Shown piece by piece: positions 28,553 to 38,549 of a stretch of 64,000 nt of DNA (positions are counted from its first letter, which is position 1; each line of letters starts with the position of its first letter). This DNA comes from a virus (Duplodnaviria; Caudoviricetes). The DNA lies in the IMG/VR virus record IMGVR_UViG_3300042860_004240, positions 17,066-81,065 of that record. One strand, given 5' to 3'. Under the pieces are notes generated by a model that did not search any database, had not been told where the DNA came from, and was given only the letters and a program-made list of their open reading frames with translations. The translations under genes were made by a program, and so were the position numbers.

Positions 28553-29323
28553 GTGATAGTTTTAATTGTAGGATTGCCGGGCGCAGGTAAAACATCACTA
28601 GCACAAGAGCTAGTTAGTCGCACTGGAGCTATTCATTTAAACGCAGATGCTGTACGCGCAGATCTTAACAGTGATCTTGGATTCACAACTACAGACCGTT
28701 TGGAGCAAGCCCGCAGAATGGGTTCAATGGCTAGACTTTTATCTGCTCAAGGTTTTTTAGTTATAGTTGATTTTGTTTGTCCGACAAAAGAAACTCGTAA
28801 AATGTTTGGTAAAGCTGACTTTACTTTTTGGGTGAGTAGGATTGAAGAAGGTCGTTACGAAAATACAAATCGTATGTGGGAAGATCTTTCTGAAGATGAA
28901 TACGATTTAAAGATTAATAAAGGTCTTACTGTCAAGCAAGAGGGCGATGCCTGCTTTGGCAAGATGAAAATACCTTGTTGGAAGACACCAACAACGCTCA
29001 TGCTTGGCCGTTATCAACCATGGCATTCTGGCCACAAAGCTTTATACGAAGAAGCAAAAAAGCGTGGCAATCCTGTTGTTATTGGAGTACGAGATACTGG
29101 CGGGATGTCTAATAAAGATCCATTTGAGTACGCTACAGTAAAAGAACTAATATTAAAAGATGTGCCAGATGCTTTTGTCACAATGATGCCAAACATAACC
29201 AAGATTATTTACGGAAGAGATGTTGGATATAGTATCGAAGAAATTGATTTACCTGACCACATAAAAGCTATATCTGCAACCCAGAAACGAAAAGAGCTAG
29301 AAGATGAACAACGTAATGCCTGA
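28553..29323 (+). CDS. Adenylylsulfate-kinase-like P-loop kinase fused to a HxGH nucleotidyltransferase
   Basis: GLPGAGKT, NADAVR, DFVCPT; second domain GRYQPWHSGH...YGRDVGY. Confidence 0.85.
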   Translation: MIVLIVGLPGAGKTSLAQELVSRTGAIHLNADAVRADLNSDLGFTTTDRLEQARRMGSMARLLSAQGFLVIVDFVCPTKETRKMFGKADFTFWVSRIEEGRYENTNRMWEDLSEDEYDLKINKGLTVKQEGDACFGKMKIPCWKTPTTLMLGRYQPWHSGHKALYEEAKKRGNPVVIGVRDTGGMSNKDPFEYATVKELILKDVPDAFVTMMPNITKIIYGRDVGYSIEEIDLPDHIKAISATQKRKELEDEQRNA

Positions 29324-29879
29324 TTGGGGCCAAGATGATTTATTGCCATCTGATAAAAAAGAAGCTACTAAAGAAAACACTGAAAAAATATTTCCAATAA
29401 CATTTTCTGATTCTACTTCTTTTATTGATTTTAAACAAAACATGGAAAATTTAATTTCCTTTTTTACTAAACATAGCCCACCAAAACTAGGTGGTTTTGA
29501 TTTAGATGATGCTTATTCTCAAAAAGGCGAGATCCCATTTCCTAAACAAAAAGACCTTCCTTACGATGAAGTTGTTGGCTTGTGCGGTGAATACGGTATA
29601 AACCCTCTTAACGTTACTTCTATCAAAGTTGCTGACCATGACACTGACAAATGTTTAAAAGTTATAACAATTGAGAAACTTGTTTTTTAATTATGTTTAC
29701 AAAAAAAGTAAAGATAAAATTTGTTTCTTCTAAAAACAAAAAAATATGTACTATTAAAATAACAAAAAAAGAATTTGACAACTACGAAAAAATAGCTTAT
29801 TATTCAGGTCAAACTTTAGAGCAATTTGTTAATAAAGCTATTATTGATTATTTAAACAAACTAAAAAAGGAAGTTAAAA

Positions 29880-30122
29880 ATGGATAACGAAGAAGTTTTT
29901 GCAAAATTTAAGACAAGCTTAGCTAAGATTGAACCTAAGTTTGATGTTGAAACAATTACTTTAAGCTCATCTCTTAAAGATGATTTAGGTCTTGATTCTT
30001 TAGACGTTATAGAATTGCTTATGATTCTTGAAGAAGACTTTCAGTTAGAAATTAATATAGAAGATATAATTGATATTGAAACCGTTAAAGACGCTTGCAA
30101 TATCCTACAAGATTTGTCGTAG
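29880..30122 (+). CDS. acpP: Acyl carrier protein
   Basis: [12 protein letters not shown] phosphopantetheine motif; acidic, 80 aa. Confidence 0.92.
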   Translation: MDNEEVFAKFKTSLAKIEPKFDVETITLSSSLKDDLGLDSLDVIELLMILEEDFQLEINIEDIIDIETVKDACNILQDLS

Positions 30123-30130
30123 TACTTGAT

Positions 30131-30331
30131 ATGGCTAAAAAATGTTCTCTTGTTGGTTCTAAAGTACAGCTAATAAGTACAGATGATCCTTATACTAAAC
30201 TAAAGTCTGGCGATATCGGCGTCATAACTCATATTGATGACAATGGTACTGTTTTTGCAGATTGGGAAAACGGTTCTTCTTTAGGCCTTATTCCTAACAT
30301 TGATAATTTTAAAATACTATCAGGGATGTGA
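30131..30331 (+). CDS. DUF4314-like small beta-barrel protein
   Basis: 'V.L....DPY..L..G..G....IDD.GT....W.NGSSLGLIP..D'. Confidence 0.7.
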   Translation: MAKKCSLVGSKVQLISTDDPYTKLKSGDIGVITHIDDNGTVFADWENGSSLGLIPNIDNFKILSGM

Positions 30332-30332
30332 T

Positions 30333-30614
30333 ATGGGTGATAACCACGAAACTCGCAAAGCAATACTAGCTTCTTTATTTAATAAGATTACTTTTGATGA
30401 ATGGCTAGAAATAGGTATGAATCAGAACTGGTGCGGTCCAGCAGTATGCTACACCCATGATAGTTTTCCTATGAACGAAGAAGAAGATAATGAATTTGCT
30501 GATGGCAGCGATCCATGCATGCATATGATAAGATTGTACGAAGATAACGAGCACAAAGAATTAATAGAAGAAGCTCATTCTCCTTCTCAATGGAGAAAGC
30601 CATACAAGCAATAG
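30333..30614 (+). CDS. Conserved phage hypothetical protein
   Basis: 'FDEWL..G....WCGP.VCYTHD..P...DPCMH..RLY'. Confidence 0.65.
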   Translation: MGDNHETRKAILASLFNKITFDEWLEIGMNQNWCGPAVCYTHDSFPMNEEEDNEFADGSDPCMHMIRLYEDNEHKELIEEAHSPSQWRKPYKQ

Positions 30615-30626
30615 TTAGGAAAAACA

Positions 30627-30875
30627 ATGCCCTATATACACAAGTTAGACAGAGAACAAATAGTTAACGGAAGAGACATTGAAACTGCTGGTGAGTTAAA
30701 CTTTGTTATCTCTACCCTTATCAACCAGTACCTTGTCAATAAAGGTAAAAACTATAGCAATATCAATGAAGCCATTGGTGTTCTTGAATGCGCTAAACTC
30801 GAGCTCTATCGTAGGGTAGCCTTACCATACGAAGATATTAAAATTGAAGCTAATGGTGATGTCTACACTATATAA
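30627..30875 (+). CDS. Conserved phage hypothetical protein
   Basis: 'MPYI...GELNF...GVLECAKLELYRR...PYED.K...NGDVY'. Confidence 0.75.
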   Translation: MPYIHKLDREQIVNGRDIETAGELNFVISTLINQYLVNKGKNYSNINEAIGVLECAKLELYRRVALPYEDIKIEANGDVYTI

Positions 30876-31107
30876 TACTCCTCAAGCACTTACTTGCGTG
30901 GATTGCAAGACTAAATCTGTACAAGTATCTAAAAACAAGAAGTTTAAAGTAAATCTTTGCGTCCCTTGTTTTATAGATAGAATGCTTCAAGAAAGTACTT
31001 CATAATTTTTTTTTTAAACATACGATATTAGATTACCGTTTTTTAGCTTGCAGTGCTGATTATTTGCATGGTATGATATAGGGTGACGCTATAGAGAGGG
31101 CACCGCC

Positions 31108-32049
31108 GTGATTACTTTTAATGACCTTGAATTGATCCATGAGGAAATATACCCACATATTGTTGTGTATAAAAACTTAATAAGAGATGTTGGTGCAATC
31201 AGCGATAGCCTAAAATTTTCTTCTCTTGTTACAGGGGAAGAAAAGCCTGGCATTTTGCCAATTTGGGGTAGATGGTTTGGTTTTGGAACATATGTTTCGG
31301 TGAGCGGCGATGCTTTGTCTCAAGATAGGCAAGCAGCAGATTTAGACGATGGTAATAGCTTGTATGAAAGAGAAAGAAGAGCTATTCATGCAGCCTACAA
31401 CGCTAGACTAGCTGCCATTTGCCATTATATGGGCAAGTACAATATGGGTGGCGGAAAATATCCAGAAGATGTTAAGACTTATATTCAGCCTTCTATTAAC
31501 TTTGCTAAATACGATCCAGATATTAAAGGTCTTGGAGCTATGGGCGAAGAAGAGCCGGAACTGACCATGCAATACCACACTGATTTTCATTTAGATAAAA
31601 TACTTAGACCATGTGAGAACTTTATGCTTACTTGTAATATCTATTGGAATGACGACTATGACGGTGGAGAAGTAACATTTTTGGTTCATGGTAAAGTTGT
31701 TGACTATAAACCTGTTGCAGGGGATGTGGTAGTTTTCCCTTCCGGTTCGTATCTTTTTCCTGGCGATGAGCCATACTTCCATGGTGTTCGTACTGTAAAG
31801 AACGGTAATAAATTTATTTCTAGAAACTATTTAATGTATTCTCAGCCAGCTAGCCAAAATTGGATTGACGGAGTAGCAAAATATGGAGAAGAAGAATGGT
31901 TGAAAATGGAGAAAGAACGTCAAGCAAAAGATAAGATTGCTCCTAACGTTGTTGTGTTAGACTACCATAACCCACCGCCAGGTAAGGATTTCGATTTATT
32001 ATATAACCCTGTAGTAAAAGAATACTATTGGAAAAAGGACAAAAAATAA
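31108..32049 (+). CDS. 2OG-Fe(II) oxygenase
   Basis: YHTD, Y.NDDYDGGE, FHGV...G.K. Confidence 0.85.
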   Translation: MITFNDLELIHEEIYPHIVVYKNLIRDVGAISDSLKFSSLVTGEEKPGILPIWGRWFGFGTYVSVSGDALSQDRQAADLDDGNSLYERERRAIHAAYNARLAAICHYMGKYNMGGGKYPEDVKTYIQPSINFAKYDPDIKGLGAMGEEEPELTMQYHTDFHLDKILRPCENFMLTCNIYWNDDYDGGEVTFLVHGKVVDYKPVAGDVVVFPSGSYLFPGDEPYFHGVRTVKNGNKFISRNYLMYSQPASQNWIDGVAKYGEEEWLKMEKERQAKDKIAPNVVVLDYHNPPPGKDFDLLYNPVVKEYYWKKDKK

Positions 32050-32050
32050 T

Positions 32051-32635
32051 ATGTACAAAGGAAATAGCCAACAAGAGAAGTTTGTAGTAGACCTCCTAAA
32101 AGGAAAAAGAAATGGGTACTACGTAGAGTTAGGTGGCTTTAATTCTACTATGGGGAGCAACACGTATCATCTTGAAAATGACTATGATTGGAACGGTGTT
32201 TCTTTTGAAATAGTAGATGAACGTAGAGAAGAGTTTCTTTCTAACAGAAAAAATCCCTGTTTTGGAGATGCGCTAAAGTTTGATTATATCTCATATTTTG
32301 AAGCCAACCATTTCCCAAAACAAATAGATTATTTACAGGTTGATATAGACGCAGGCTATGACCTATCTTTGAGACCCCTAGGCAATGCCTATACAACCCT
32401 ACATGGCCTGATAACCGTGCCACTGACCCAGTACAGATTTTCTGTTATAACTTTTGAGCATGACGCTAATATGTACTTTAGGAATCGTGGTATGCGTGAA
32501 GCCCAAAGAGAGATTCTTGATTCATTAGGTTATACTTTAGTTGTGAGAGATATCCACGAAGATTGGTGGGTCGATCCTCTAGAAGTTAGCCCTGAAGAAT
32601 ATAGGAAATATTTAAGATGGCAAACCCTAACTTAG
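32051..32635 (+). CDS. FkbM/Methyltransf_21-like methyltransferase
   Basis: GYYVELG...SNTY.LE....W.G; IDYLQVDID; ITFEHD; EDWWV. Confidence 0.75.
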   Translation: MYKGNSQQEKFVVDLLKGKRNGYYVELGGFNSTMGSNTYHLENDYDWNGVSFEIVDERREEFLSNRKNPCFGDALKFDYISYFEANHFPKQIDYLQVDIDAGYDLSLRPLGNAYTTLHGLITVPLTQYRFSVITFEHDANMYFRNRGMREAQREILDSLGYTLVVRDIHEDWWVDPLEVSPEEYRKYLRWQTLT

Positions 32636-32645
32636 GATTTTATTT

Positions 32646-33254
32646 ATGAGCGCATTGTACCCAACTATAATAGTAGAAAAGTTTTTTTCTGATGAAGAAT
32701 GCAATCTTTTGTTAGACAATATAAAAAATTCAGGTAAAGAATTTGACGTTATAGACTACGGTGGTGGAGACAAAGGCAAAAGTTACTTTAATGTTTCAGA
32801 TCTTCCTATGAAAAGTTATTACGACGCTTTAAACAAGTTCATAGAAAAAAATTACAATTGCTCTATCGTTTCATCACGCGGGAAAAGCGTTGCAAGATAC
32901 ACTAAAGATCAAAACATTAATTTGCATCAGGATTGGGATCCTAAGTCCCCGGATGTAGTTGAGCACAGCAAGCCCCAGGTGCATATATCTAGTATTACCT
33001 ATCTTAACGAAGATTTTATTGGTGGAGAAATTGTAATTGCAGAAACTAGTAAAAATATAGATAAGTCGAGTGATGAACAAAGACAATTGGTGTTGGAGCA
33101 GATTGCAAATAACTCTACCCTAATGACTGTTACGCCAAAAACTGGTTTAACTATTTTTTTTGATGCGCTGTGCTGGCATATAACTAATCCGATAAGTTCA
33201 GGCATAAAATACTGCTATACTGATTTTTACTCAATAGAGAAAGTAGAAAGCTAA
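32646..33254 (+). CDS. 2OG-Fe(II) oxygenase (prolyl-hydroxylase-like)
   Basis: LHQD, YLNEDFIGGE, WH...I.SG.KY. Confidence 0.8.
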   Translation: MSALYPTIIVEKFFSDEECNLLLDNIKNSGKEFDVIDYGGGDKGKSYFNVSDLPMKSYYDALNKFIEKNYNCSIVSSRGKSVARYTKDQNINLHQDWDPKSPDVVEHSKPQVHISSITYLNEDFIGGEIVIAETSKNIDKSSDEQRQLVLEQIANNSTLMTVTPKTGLTIFFDALCWHITNPISSGIKYCYTDFYSIEKVES

Positions 33255-34042
33255 TGATAGTTAAGCACTTGGGTGGGGGCATTGTCCTCATAGAAGATCT
33301 TCTAAGTAAAGAAGAGCTAGATTCCATTAATCTTGATTTAGTTGTAGAGAAGTGCCCAGTCCAAGGATTCAAGGCTGTTGGGGAAAAACTATTCCTAGAA
33401 GGGGGTTACGAAATAAAAGACCAACAAGAAGATATACCCAGCTTTGCTAGTAGGTATTCGGAAAATATTGAATCACTTCCCTTTTACCCAACTGTAGATG
33501 AAGCTATGTATCGTGGGGTTGTTGAGTATTGTAAAATTTTTCCTGTCGCTGTTGAATCTATAACTAATTGCGTTGGTCGTCATTTTATCAAATATGTTTC
33601 TGGTAACTTTATGGGCCCACATTCTGATTCCTCATTGTCTTACAAGCAAGGGACCGTTGAACCAACCTCCGCTATTGCTCTAGGTAACACTATCACTGTA
33701 TCAATTATATTAAACGACCAGTTTGAAGGTGGTTCTATATTATTTAATACATGGGGACTCAAAGTAGAGCCAAAACCTGGTTCAGCCTTATACTATCCCT
33801 CTAATTATATTGGGTCTCATGAGGTCAAAGAAGTTACCTCTGGAGTTCGTTGGGCTTATCTTGCTTTTTATGCCCACGGTGATAGAACTTTTACTTCTAA
33901 CGCATCTTTAGAAAAATACCCAGAAAGATACCAATGGACAATGAAGTTGAGAGAAGACATAAAAAAAGCCTGCGAAGAAGACGGCTTAATTGGCGAAGAT
34001 GTTGATATACTTAACTTAAATCGTCTTCAAAGAAAAGTATAA
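33254..34042 (+). CDS. 2OG-Fe(II) oxygenase (prolyl-hydroxylase-like)
   Basis: GPHSD, LNDQFEGG, YPSNYIGSHEVKEVTSGVR. Confidence 0.85.
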   Translation: MIVKHLGGGIVLIEDLLSKEELDSINLDLVVEKCPVQGFKAVGEKLFLEGGYEIKDQQEDIPSFASRYSENIESLPFYPTVDEAMYRGVVEYCKIFPVAVESITNCVGRHFIKYVSGNFMGPHSDSSLSYKQGTVEPTSAIALGNTITVSIILNDQFEGGSILFNTWGLKVEPKPGSALYYPSNYIGSHEVKEVTSGVRWAYLAFYAHGDRTFTSNASLEKYPERYQWTMKLREDIKKACEEDGLIGEDVDILNLNRLQRKV

Positions 34043-34043
34043 A

Positions 34044-35297
34044 ATGATTGACAATGGACCAAAAAAAGTTACGGATTGGGCAACTGATTTTGATCATGGC
34101 TCCCAAGAATGGGCAGATGACCCATATGCTATTATAAACGAATTAAAAAACGCTGGTTGCCCAATAGCACACACAGAGCGTTACGGGGGGATGTGGGTTC
34201 CTACAACTTATGACATGATTAAGCAAATATTCCTTGATACAAAGAATTTTAGTAGCGAGGGCACTATTATCCGAGAAGAAAGGCCGTACCAGCAGGCTAT
34301 TTTTTTAAAAGAAACTGCATCTCCTATAGGCATTATGCCTCCAATAACTTCTGACCCGCCATTCCATAAAATAGCTAGGAATTTGTTATCTCCTATTTTT
34401 TCTCCAGATGTAATTGCATTGTGGCATGATGAAATAGGGACGACGTGTAATAGGCTTATAAGATCAATGGAAAATCAAAAAAGCTCTGAGCTTATGCACT
34501 CTTACTGTAATAGAATCCCATCTATAATAATAGCAAAAATGCTAGGTGTCCCAGAACAGGATATTGATAAATTTGATGATTGGGTAACTTTTTTTATGCA
34601 CGATATAAATGAGCCACCAAGTAGAGATCGTTTTATAAAATACTTAAAATATAAAAAATACATGGAGAATCATGTTGATGATCACATAAAAAATCCAAAA
34701 AAAGATATTATTAGTTATTTATTGAGCTGCAATATTGAAGATAAAACATTATCAATACCTTACTTAATTGGGATAATTACTTTAATACTAGTGGCAGGGG
34801 TGCATACCGTGTCTAGCGTTATGGGTTCATCATTATGGCACCTTGCAACCAACCCAGTAGACCGTCGTCGTTTGGTAGAAAACCCAGACATGATTCCTAC
34901 AGCTGTTGAAGAGTTCCTTCGTGCATATGCGCCTGTGACTATAGCCCGCCTTTTGAAAGAAGACATAGAATTCCATGGCGTACAGATGAAGAAAGAAGAT
35001 TGGGTACTTCTCTCTCTTCCCGCAGCTAACCGTGACGAAAAGCAATTTGCAAACGCGCATGAGGTTATAATTGACCGTGAAGACAATCGCCATGCTGCCT
35101 TTGGCCTTGGGGTCCACAGCTGCCTTGGATCAAGTCTTGCTCGTCTAGAGCTTAAGGTTGCAATATCAACTTTTCTTGAAAATTTTCCAAATTTTTGGGT
35201 TGATCCGCATACTGAAGTTAAGTGGAGTACAGGGCAAGTTAGGGGTCCGTTAAATTTATCACTTATATTTGGAGACGATAAAAAGCCCGGTAATTAG
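34044..35297 (+). CDS. Cytochrome P450
   Basis: DPPFH...R, AGVHT (I-helix), EEFLR (ExxR), FGLGVHSCLG heme-Cys motif. Confidence 0.96.
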   Translation: MIDNGPKKVTDWATDFDHGSQEWADDPYAIINELKNAGCPIAHTERYGGMWVPTTYDMIKQIFLDTKNFSSEGTIIREERPYQQAIFLKETASPIGIMPPITSDPPFHKIARNLLSPIFSPDVIALWHDEIGTTCNRLIRSMENQKSSELMHSYCNRIPSIIIAKMLGVPEQDIDKFDDWVTFFMHDINEPPSRDRFIKYLKYKKYMENHVDDHIKNPKKDIISYLLSCNIEDKTLSIPYLIGIITLILVAGVHTVSSVMGSSLWHLATNPVDRRRLVENPDMIPTAVEEFLRAYAPVTIARLLKEDIEFHGVQMKKEDWVLLSLPAANRDEKQFANAHEVIIDREDNRHAAFGLGVHSCLGSSLARLELKVAISTFLENFPNFWVDPHTEVKWSTGQVRGPLNLSLIFGDDKKPGN

Positions 35298-35353
35298 AGG
35301 TTGCTAAATAATTCTTTATATGGTAATCTTAACAAAAGAATGTGAGGATATAA

Positions 35354-35917
35354 ATGAATTTTCCTACCTTAATAGCAGACAAATTAATCTCCAACGAAGA
35401 CTGCAACTTTTTATTAGATGGGATTTCTGAATGTAAGTTTCAGCAGTACAACAACGCTGAGTCCTATAGGCCAGAAGATGATGACGATATGTTTAATGGT
35501 AATGTATCTAAATACAATAAATTTAAAGATATTATTTTAGGACTATCATCTTTTGTTGAAAAACATTACGCCGTGCGCGTTCTTAATATTTATGGTAATG
35601 TTTTTATGAAATATGAAAATACCCAAAACATAAGATTACATAAAGATTATGATATGGACGATCCGTATCAAGCTGCTAAAGAACCATTTAATATTAGCAG
35701 TGTTTTTTATCTTAACGATGATTACCAAGGTGGAAAACTTATCTTTCCAAATGAATCTGACAAACCTATTACCGAAAGAGAAAATAGACTTGAGTTTATC
35801 CCAAAACAAGGTTCTGTAATATTTTTTGACTCAATCTCGATACATTATACTGACCTGGTAACTTACGGTACTAAGTATGTTCTCACTAACTTTTATGACG
35901 TGTTAGAAAATAACTAG
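35354..35917 (+). CDS. 2OG-Fe(II) oxygenase
   Basis: LHKD, YLNDDYQGG, IH...V..G.KY. Confidence 0.8.
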   Translation: MNFPTLIADKLISNEDCNFLLDGISECKFQQYNNAESYRPEDDDDMFNGNVSKYNKFKDIILGLSSFVEKHYAVRVLNIYGNVFMKYENTQNIRLHKDYDMDDPYQAAKEPFNISSVFYLNDDYQGGKLIFPNESDKPITERENRLEFIPKQGSVIFFDSISIHYTDLVTYGTKYVLTNFYDVLENN

Positions 35918-35931
35918 AAAGAAGTCAACAA

Positions 35932-36648
35932 ATGAAAAATTTTTGGAATGAAGAAGTAATGGATATTCCAATATGTCAAGATTTATGCGAAAACTGGGAA
36001 GAGATCAGGGATGAAGCCTTACTTTACTTAGGAAAGCCGCATCCTTATTCTAGAGATAAATCACCAATACTTAAATACCCGACCTATACCAAACCAAGTA
36101 TTGATAACCCAGAGGTCAAACAGAGAATATATGATGGGGACTGGGGAATAGCACCTTTGGGTATAAAAACCCCAAAAGAAGATAAGAACGACAAAAATTT
36201 TGGACATAACCGTTTATTCGGTACGAGCGAAAAATTCTTAGAAAAATACACTAAATGGAACACAGGAAAGACCGTTGATGAAAACTTAGAATTTCAATCA
36301 ACTCAATTTCCCTTTTTCCATAACATATTACAAAAACATGACGCAGGGTGTTTAATGAGCGCTGCTCTCAGTTTACTTACCCCAGGTTCGGTAATCAACC
36401 CACATACTGGAGGAGAAGGTTTTATCAGATGCCATTTATGCTTAGTTAACGATCAAGGTTGTTCAATGACAGTTAACGGCGAAACACAAAAATGGGAAAA
36501 TGGTAAAATAACAGCTTTTGAAGACAGATTAACGCATTCTGTAATTCACGCAGGAACTCAAAATAGATTAGTTTTATTATTTGATATTAGCCTTGAGTAT
36601 GCAAAAAGATATATTAAAGATGAAGATTTTCAAGGGCTAGGTAATTAA
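35932..36648 (+). CDS. Aspartyl/asparaginyl beta-hydroxylase family protein
   Basis: L.PGS.I.PH.G...RCHL.L...W..G....FED...HSV...R.VL.FD. Confidence 0.85.
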   Translation: MKNFWNEEVMDIPICQDLCENWEEIRDEALLYLGKPHPYSRDKSPILKYPTYTKPSIDNPEVKQRIYDGDWGIAPLGIKTPKEDKNDKNFGHNRLFGTSEKFLEKYTKWNTGKTVDENLEFQSTQFPFFHNILQKHDAGCLMSAALSLLTPGSVINPHTGGEGFIRCHLCLVNDQGCSMTVNGETQKWENGKITAFEDRLTHSVIHAGTQNRLVLLFDISLEYAKRYIKDEDFQGLGN

Positions 36649-36649
36649 T

Positions 36650-37354
36650 ATGGAACAAGCTTTTTGGGATGAAGAAGTAATGGCGATACCAGTTTGTCAA
36701 GAAATAGTTAAAAACTGGGAAAAAATTAAAGAAGAAGCTTTATCTTTTATTAACACAAAAAATCCAAATACAAAAAATAAAAAATCCACAACTTTGCTTA
36801 CTTCAAAATTTATGAAAATACCTAAAATAAAAAACGATAAAATAACAGAAGAATTCGTAACGGTTTCTGACAAAGGTTCTTGGGAAGTAGTATATGTTGG
36901 AAAAAATAAAATTAGATCAAACTCAGGTGAATTTAGTAAATTAAATGATTTTTATCAAAGAATTACATTAAAAAATACTGGAAAAACTATAGAAGAGAAT
37001 GCAGAATACGCAATCAAGTTTTTTAAGACTTATAATGAAATAGTTGAATTTTTTGCTCCAGGCGAATGCTCGGCATCTACCTTAAGTATAGTCTCCCCTG
37101 GCACTTCTATATCCCCTCATTTTGGGGCACCGGGGTTTCTTAGGTGCCACCTATGCCTTGTGAATGATAGTGGTTGCACTATAACAATTGGCGAAGAACA
37201 AAGACAATGGCACGAGGGTAAATTGCTAGCTTTTAAAGATGGTGGCCCATACGCTCACTCAGTAAATCACACTGGCACCAGAGATAGAATTGTGTTAATA
37301 TTTGATATTAGCCTTGATTACGCAAGAAAATATATTAAAAACACGGATTTCTAA
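36650..37354 (+). CDS. Aspartyl/asparaginyl beta-hydroxylase family protein (tandem paralog)
   Basis: Same motifs; N- and C-termini clearly similar to 35932..36648. Confidence 0.85.
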   Translation: MEQAFWDEEVMAIPVCQEIVKNWEKIKEEALSFINTKNPNTKNKKSTTLLTSKFMKIPKIKNDKITEEFVTVSDKGSWEVVYVGKNKIRSNSGEFSKLNDFYQRITLKNTGKTIEENAEYAIKFFKTYNEIVEFFAPGECSASTLSIVSPGTSISPHFGAPGFLRCHLCLVNDSGCTITIGEEQRQWHEGKLLAFKDGGPYAHSVNHTGTRDRIVLIFDISLDYARKYIKNTDF

Positions 37355-37367
37355 AGATTGGAAAAAA

Positions 37368-38549
37368 ATGCAGCCTGTACATGTAGTAGGTTATGGGATA
37401 ATTGATGGGTTGGGCAATAACCCTAGTGATTGTTTTTTAAATTCCCTAAATGATAAAGATTTTACTGTTGATCTTGATTTTATGATTCAACAAAAGCTTC
37501 AAATCACCAGAGGAATACGTGTCGATGATTCTGGTATATCGCTTCCTAAATCATTAGATGAAAAATCATTAAGACACATGACAAGAACACAGAAAATTGC
37601 CATACATGCGGTTGAACAAGCAATGAATATGTCCGGGTTGCCTATGTCCTCTAACGTTGCCGTTATTTATTCTAGCGTGTCTAACGACAGCGAATCTATA
37701 GAATATATGTCTGACAAATTCCTAAATAACAAAAGAGCACATCCGCTCATTGTTCTTAATAGAATACCAGACATAATAGCTTCTCACATATGTGGCCATT
37801 ACGGATTTATGGGCACTTCTTTTGCCCTCATGGCATCGTGCGCAACTGGTTTGCTTTCGATAGACTATGCAATGAGATTATGTGACGAATATGATTATGT
37901 TATAGTTGGTGGCAGCGACGCCCCTGTGCATGGCATGGCGATGAAGTACTTCAGTGCCCTCGGTGCCTTAGGTAACCGCAATGCTCCATTCGACGATAGT
38001 AGAGAAGGGTTTATTATGGCCGATGGTGCTGGAGTATTGATACTGCAAAGCTCAGAAAAAGTTAAAGAATTTGGTTCAAGAGATTACGCAAAATTATACC
38101 CAGTAGGGTCAGCTTCTGATGCCCTTAGCTTAACATCGCCTGCCGAAGATGGCAGAGGGTCAAAAATTGCCATGAAAAAAGCACTGCGATACGTAGAAAA
38201 TATAGATGTCATTTCTGCTCATGCAACCTCTACAGTAGTAGGCGATCCTATAGAATATTCAGTAGTTTCAGAAATGCTACCAAACACACCGATATATGCT
38301 CCAAAAAGTAAAACTGGTCATACTCTAGCTGCTTCCGGTATTATAGAAACTATTTACGCAATAGAATCTTCAAAAAACGGAATAATACCGCACTGCCAAA
38401 ATCTTAAAAATTGTTCATTTGATACTAACAAGACCCTAACAAGAGAGCCTATTACTATTAATAAAGAAGTAATAAGAACTTTAAACAATTCTTTTGGATT
38501 CGGCGGGAAGTCAGCCAGCCAAGTGATAGAGGTAACAAAAAATGATTGA
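37368..38549 (+). CDS. fabF: Beta-ketoacyl-ACP synthase II-like
   Basis: Cys-His-His triad: ASCATG, AHATST, KSKTGH; PFD..R.GF; NSFGFGG. Confidence 0.9.
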   Translation: MQPVHVVGYGIIDGLGNNPSDCFLNSLNDKDFTVDLDFMIQQKLQITRGIRVDDSGISLPKSLDEKSLRHMTRTQKIAIHAVEQAMNMSGLPMSSNVAVIYSSVSNDSESIEYMSDKFLNNKRAHPLIVLNRIPDIIASHICGHYGFMGTSFALMASCATGLLSIDYAMRLCDEYDYVIVGGSDAPVHGMAMKYFSALGALGNRNAPFDDSREGFIMADGAGVLILQSSEKVKEFGSRDYAKLYPVGSASDALSLTSPAEDGRGSKIAMKKALRYVENIDVISAHATSTVVGDPIEYSVVSEMLPNTPIYAPKSKTGHTLAASGIIETIYAIESSKNGIIPHCQNLKNCSFDTNKTLTREPITINKEVIRTLNNSFGFGGKSASQVIEVTKND

